NCBI GenBank assembly: GCA_964276515.1
Contig: OZ193909.1
Coordinates: 15,748,001 to 15,812,000 of the forward strand
Origin: Gordius albopunctatus
Taxonomy: Eukaryota
DNA length: 64,000 bases
Direction of reading: 5' to 3'
Shown: piece by piece, positions 63,116 through 64,000 of the stretch
Layout: each line of letters starts with the position of its first letter
Position numbering within the stretch: position 1 is the first letter of the stretch
Position numbers and translations under genes: made by a program
The notes under the pieces: generated by a model
The model's database searches: none
The model's input: the letters and a program-made list of their open reading frames with translations, nothing else
Told to the model about the DNA's origin: nothing

Positions 63116-64000
63116 TCACCACACAAAAATTTAAGGAAAAGTCTTGGGGACAAGTTGAGTGCGAAATAGGTAAGGAGGGTGTTACGCAGGGAAAAAGATA
63201 AGTGACACCCGGAGGGCAGGCAAGCGTATATATACGTTTGACGCGCAAGGGTTTGTTAAGGTTCTAAATCTACTATTTCGACTGGTATTTCGTTTTCCCA
63301 GAAGGTGAGGTCTATGTCGCTTTCGTCTGGTAGCCCGTGTTGAAGGACGTAGTCGATGTCGGTGTTTAGCTGCTCGGTGTCCGGTGTCCATGATCGTGAC
63401 GGTACGTCGGCTGGATTTTGGTGTGTAGGTATCCATGATAGGTTGTAATGGATGTAAGCAGTTTCACTTAAATTACTTCTTTAAATATTAATTTTGTTTT
63501 AAGTCTTATTTTAAAGTAATATAAATTATATACAAAATTGTATCTAAAAGTTACTAATGATTTATTTAATTTTATTACCAAAGTTTGCTAGAAACTTCTA
63601 CTAGTTAACGTCTGTTCTTTAATATGTTAAATACACTCATAAGTCAATAAAAAGTTTAAAAAAATTTAGTATAAAATGCTTTGAAGTATTGTTTATTTTA
63701 TTAGCTATAACTTGCAATATAAATCATATGTTTTTTATATAATATTAAAAATTCATAATAAAAACACATCATTTTAGTAAATTTGGAAATTTTAACATGG
63801 GTTGGAGAGATGTTTGCACTCGAATAGGTTTGCTTTTCTCCTTAAAGATTAAATCGAAAAAGATTGTAAAATATAGTTAATATATTTTTATCTATTGGTA
63901 TTTTGCCTCTAATTTATTTTCAATATCTAAAAGATAAATTTATAATCTGAATGTAATTACTTTTTAAAAAAGGTCTGTTGAAATTCAATACATCATAATT

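Noticed and set aside
63180..63460. Possible LTR starting TGTTACG after a purine tract
   Set aside because: No second copy, matching end or TSD was found within the window.

Overview
AT-rich animal (metazoan) genomic DNA; the species cannot be identified from the sequence. Most of the window is nested, decayed transposons: several Ty3/gypsy LTR families, RTE-like, CRE-like and NeSL/Utopia-like non-LTR elements, hAT and Mutator MITEs, a DINE-1/HINE-like modular repeat and three short tandem arrays. The only recognisable host gene is beta-catenin/armadillo, present as at least four rearranged pieces: a C-terminal exon at 1-180, a 3-exon 3' duplicate at 1233-2729, a multi-exon copy at 23365-30380 and an inverted exon fragment at 52441-52556. 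The 23-30 kb copy keeps an intact phospho-degron and ARM 9-12 but has lost ARM 1-8. It can still be spliced on canonical GT-AG sites into a stop-free 418-aa ORF. A ~5 kb segmental duplication (971-5.9k vs 28650-33.5k), a recombinant 3855-bp deletion and a fold-back inversion (49-53 kb) show the locus has been repeatedly rearranged. All family assignments come from motif recognition by eye; no database search was run.
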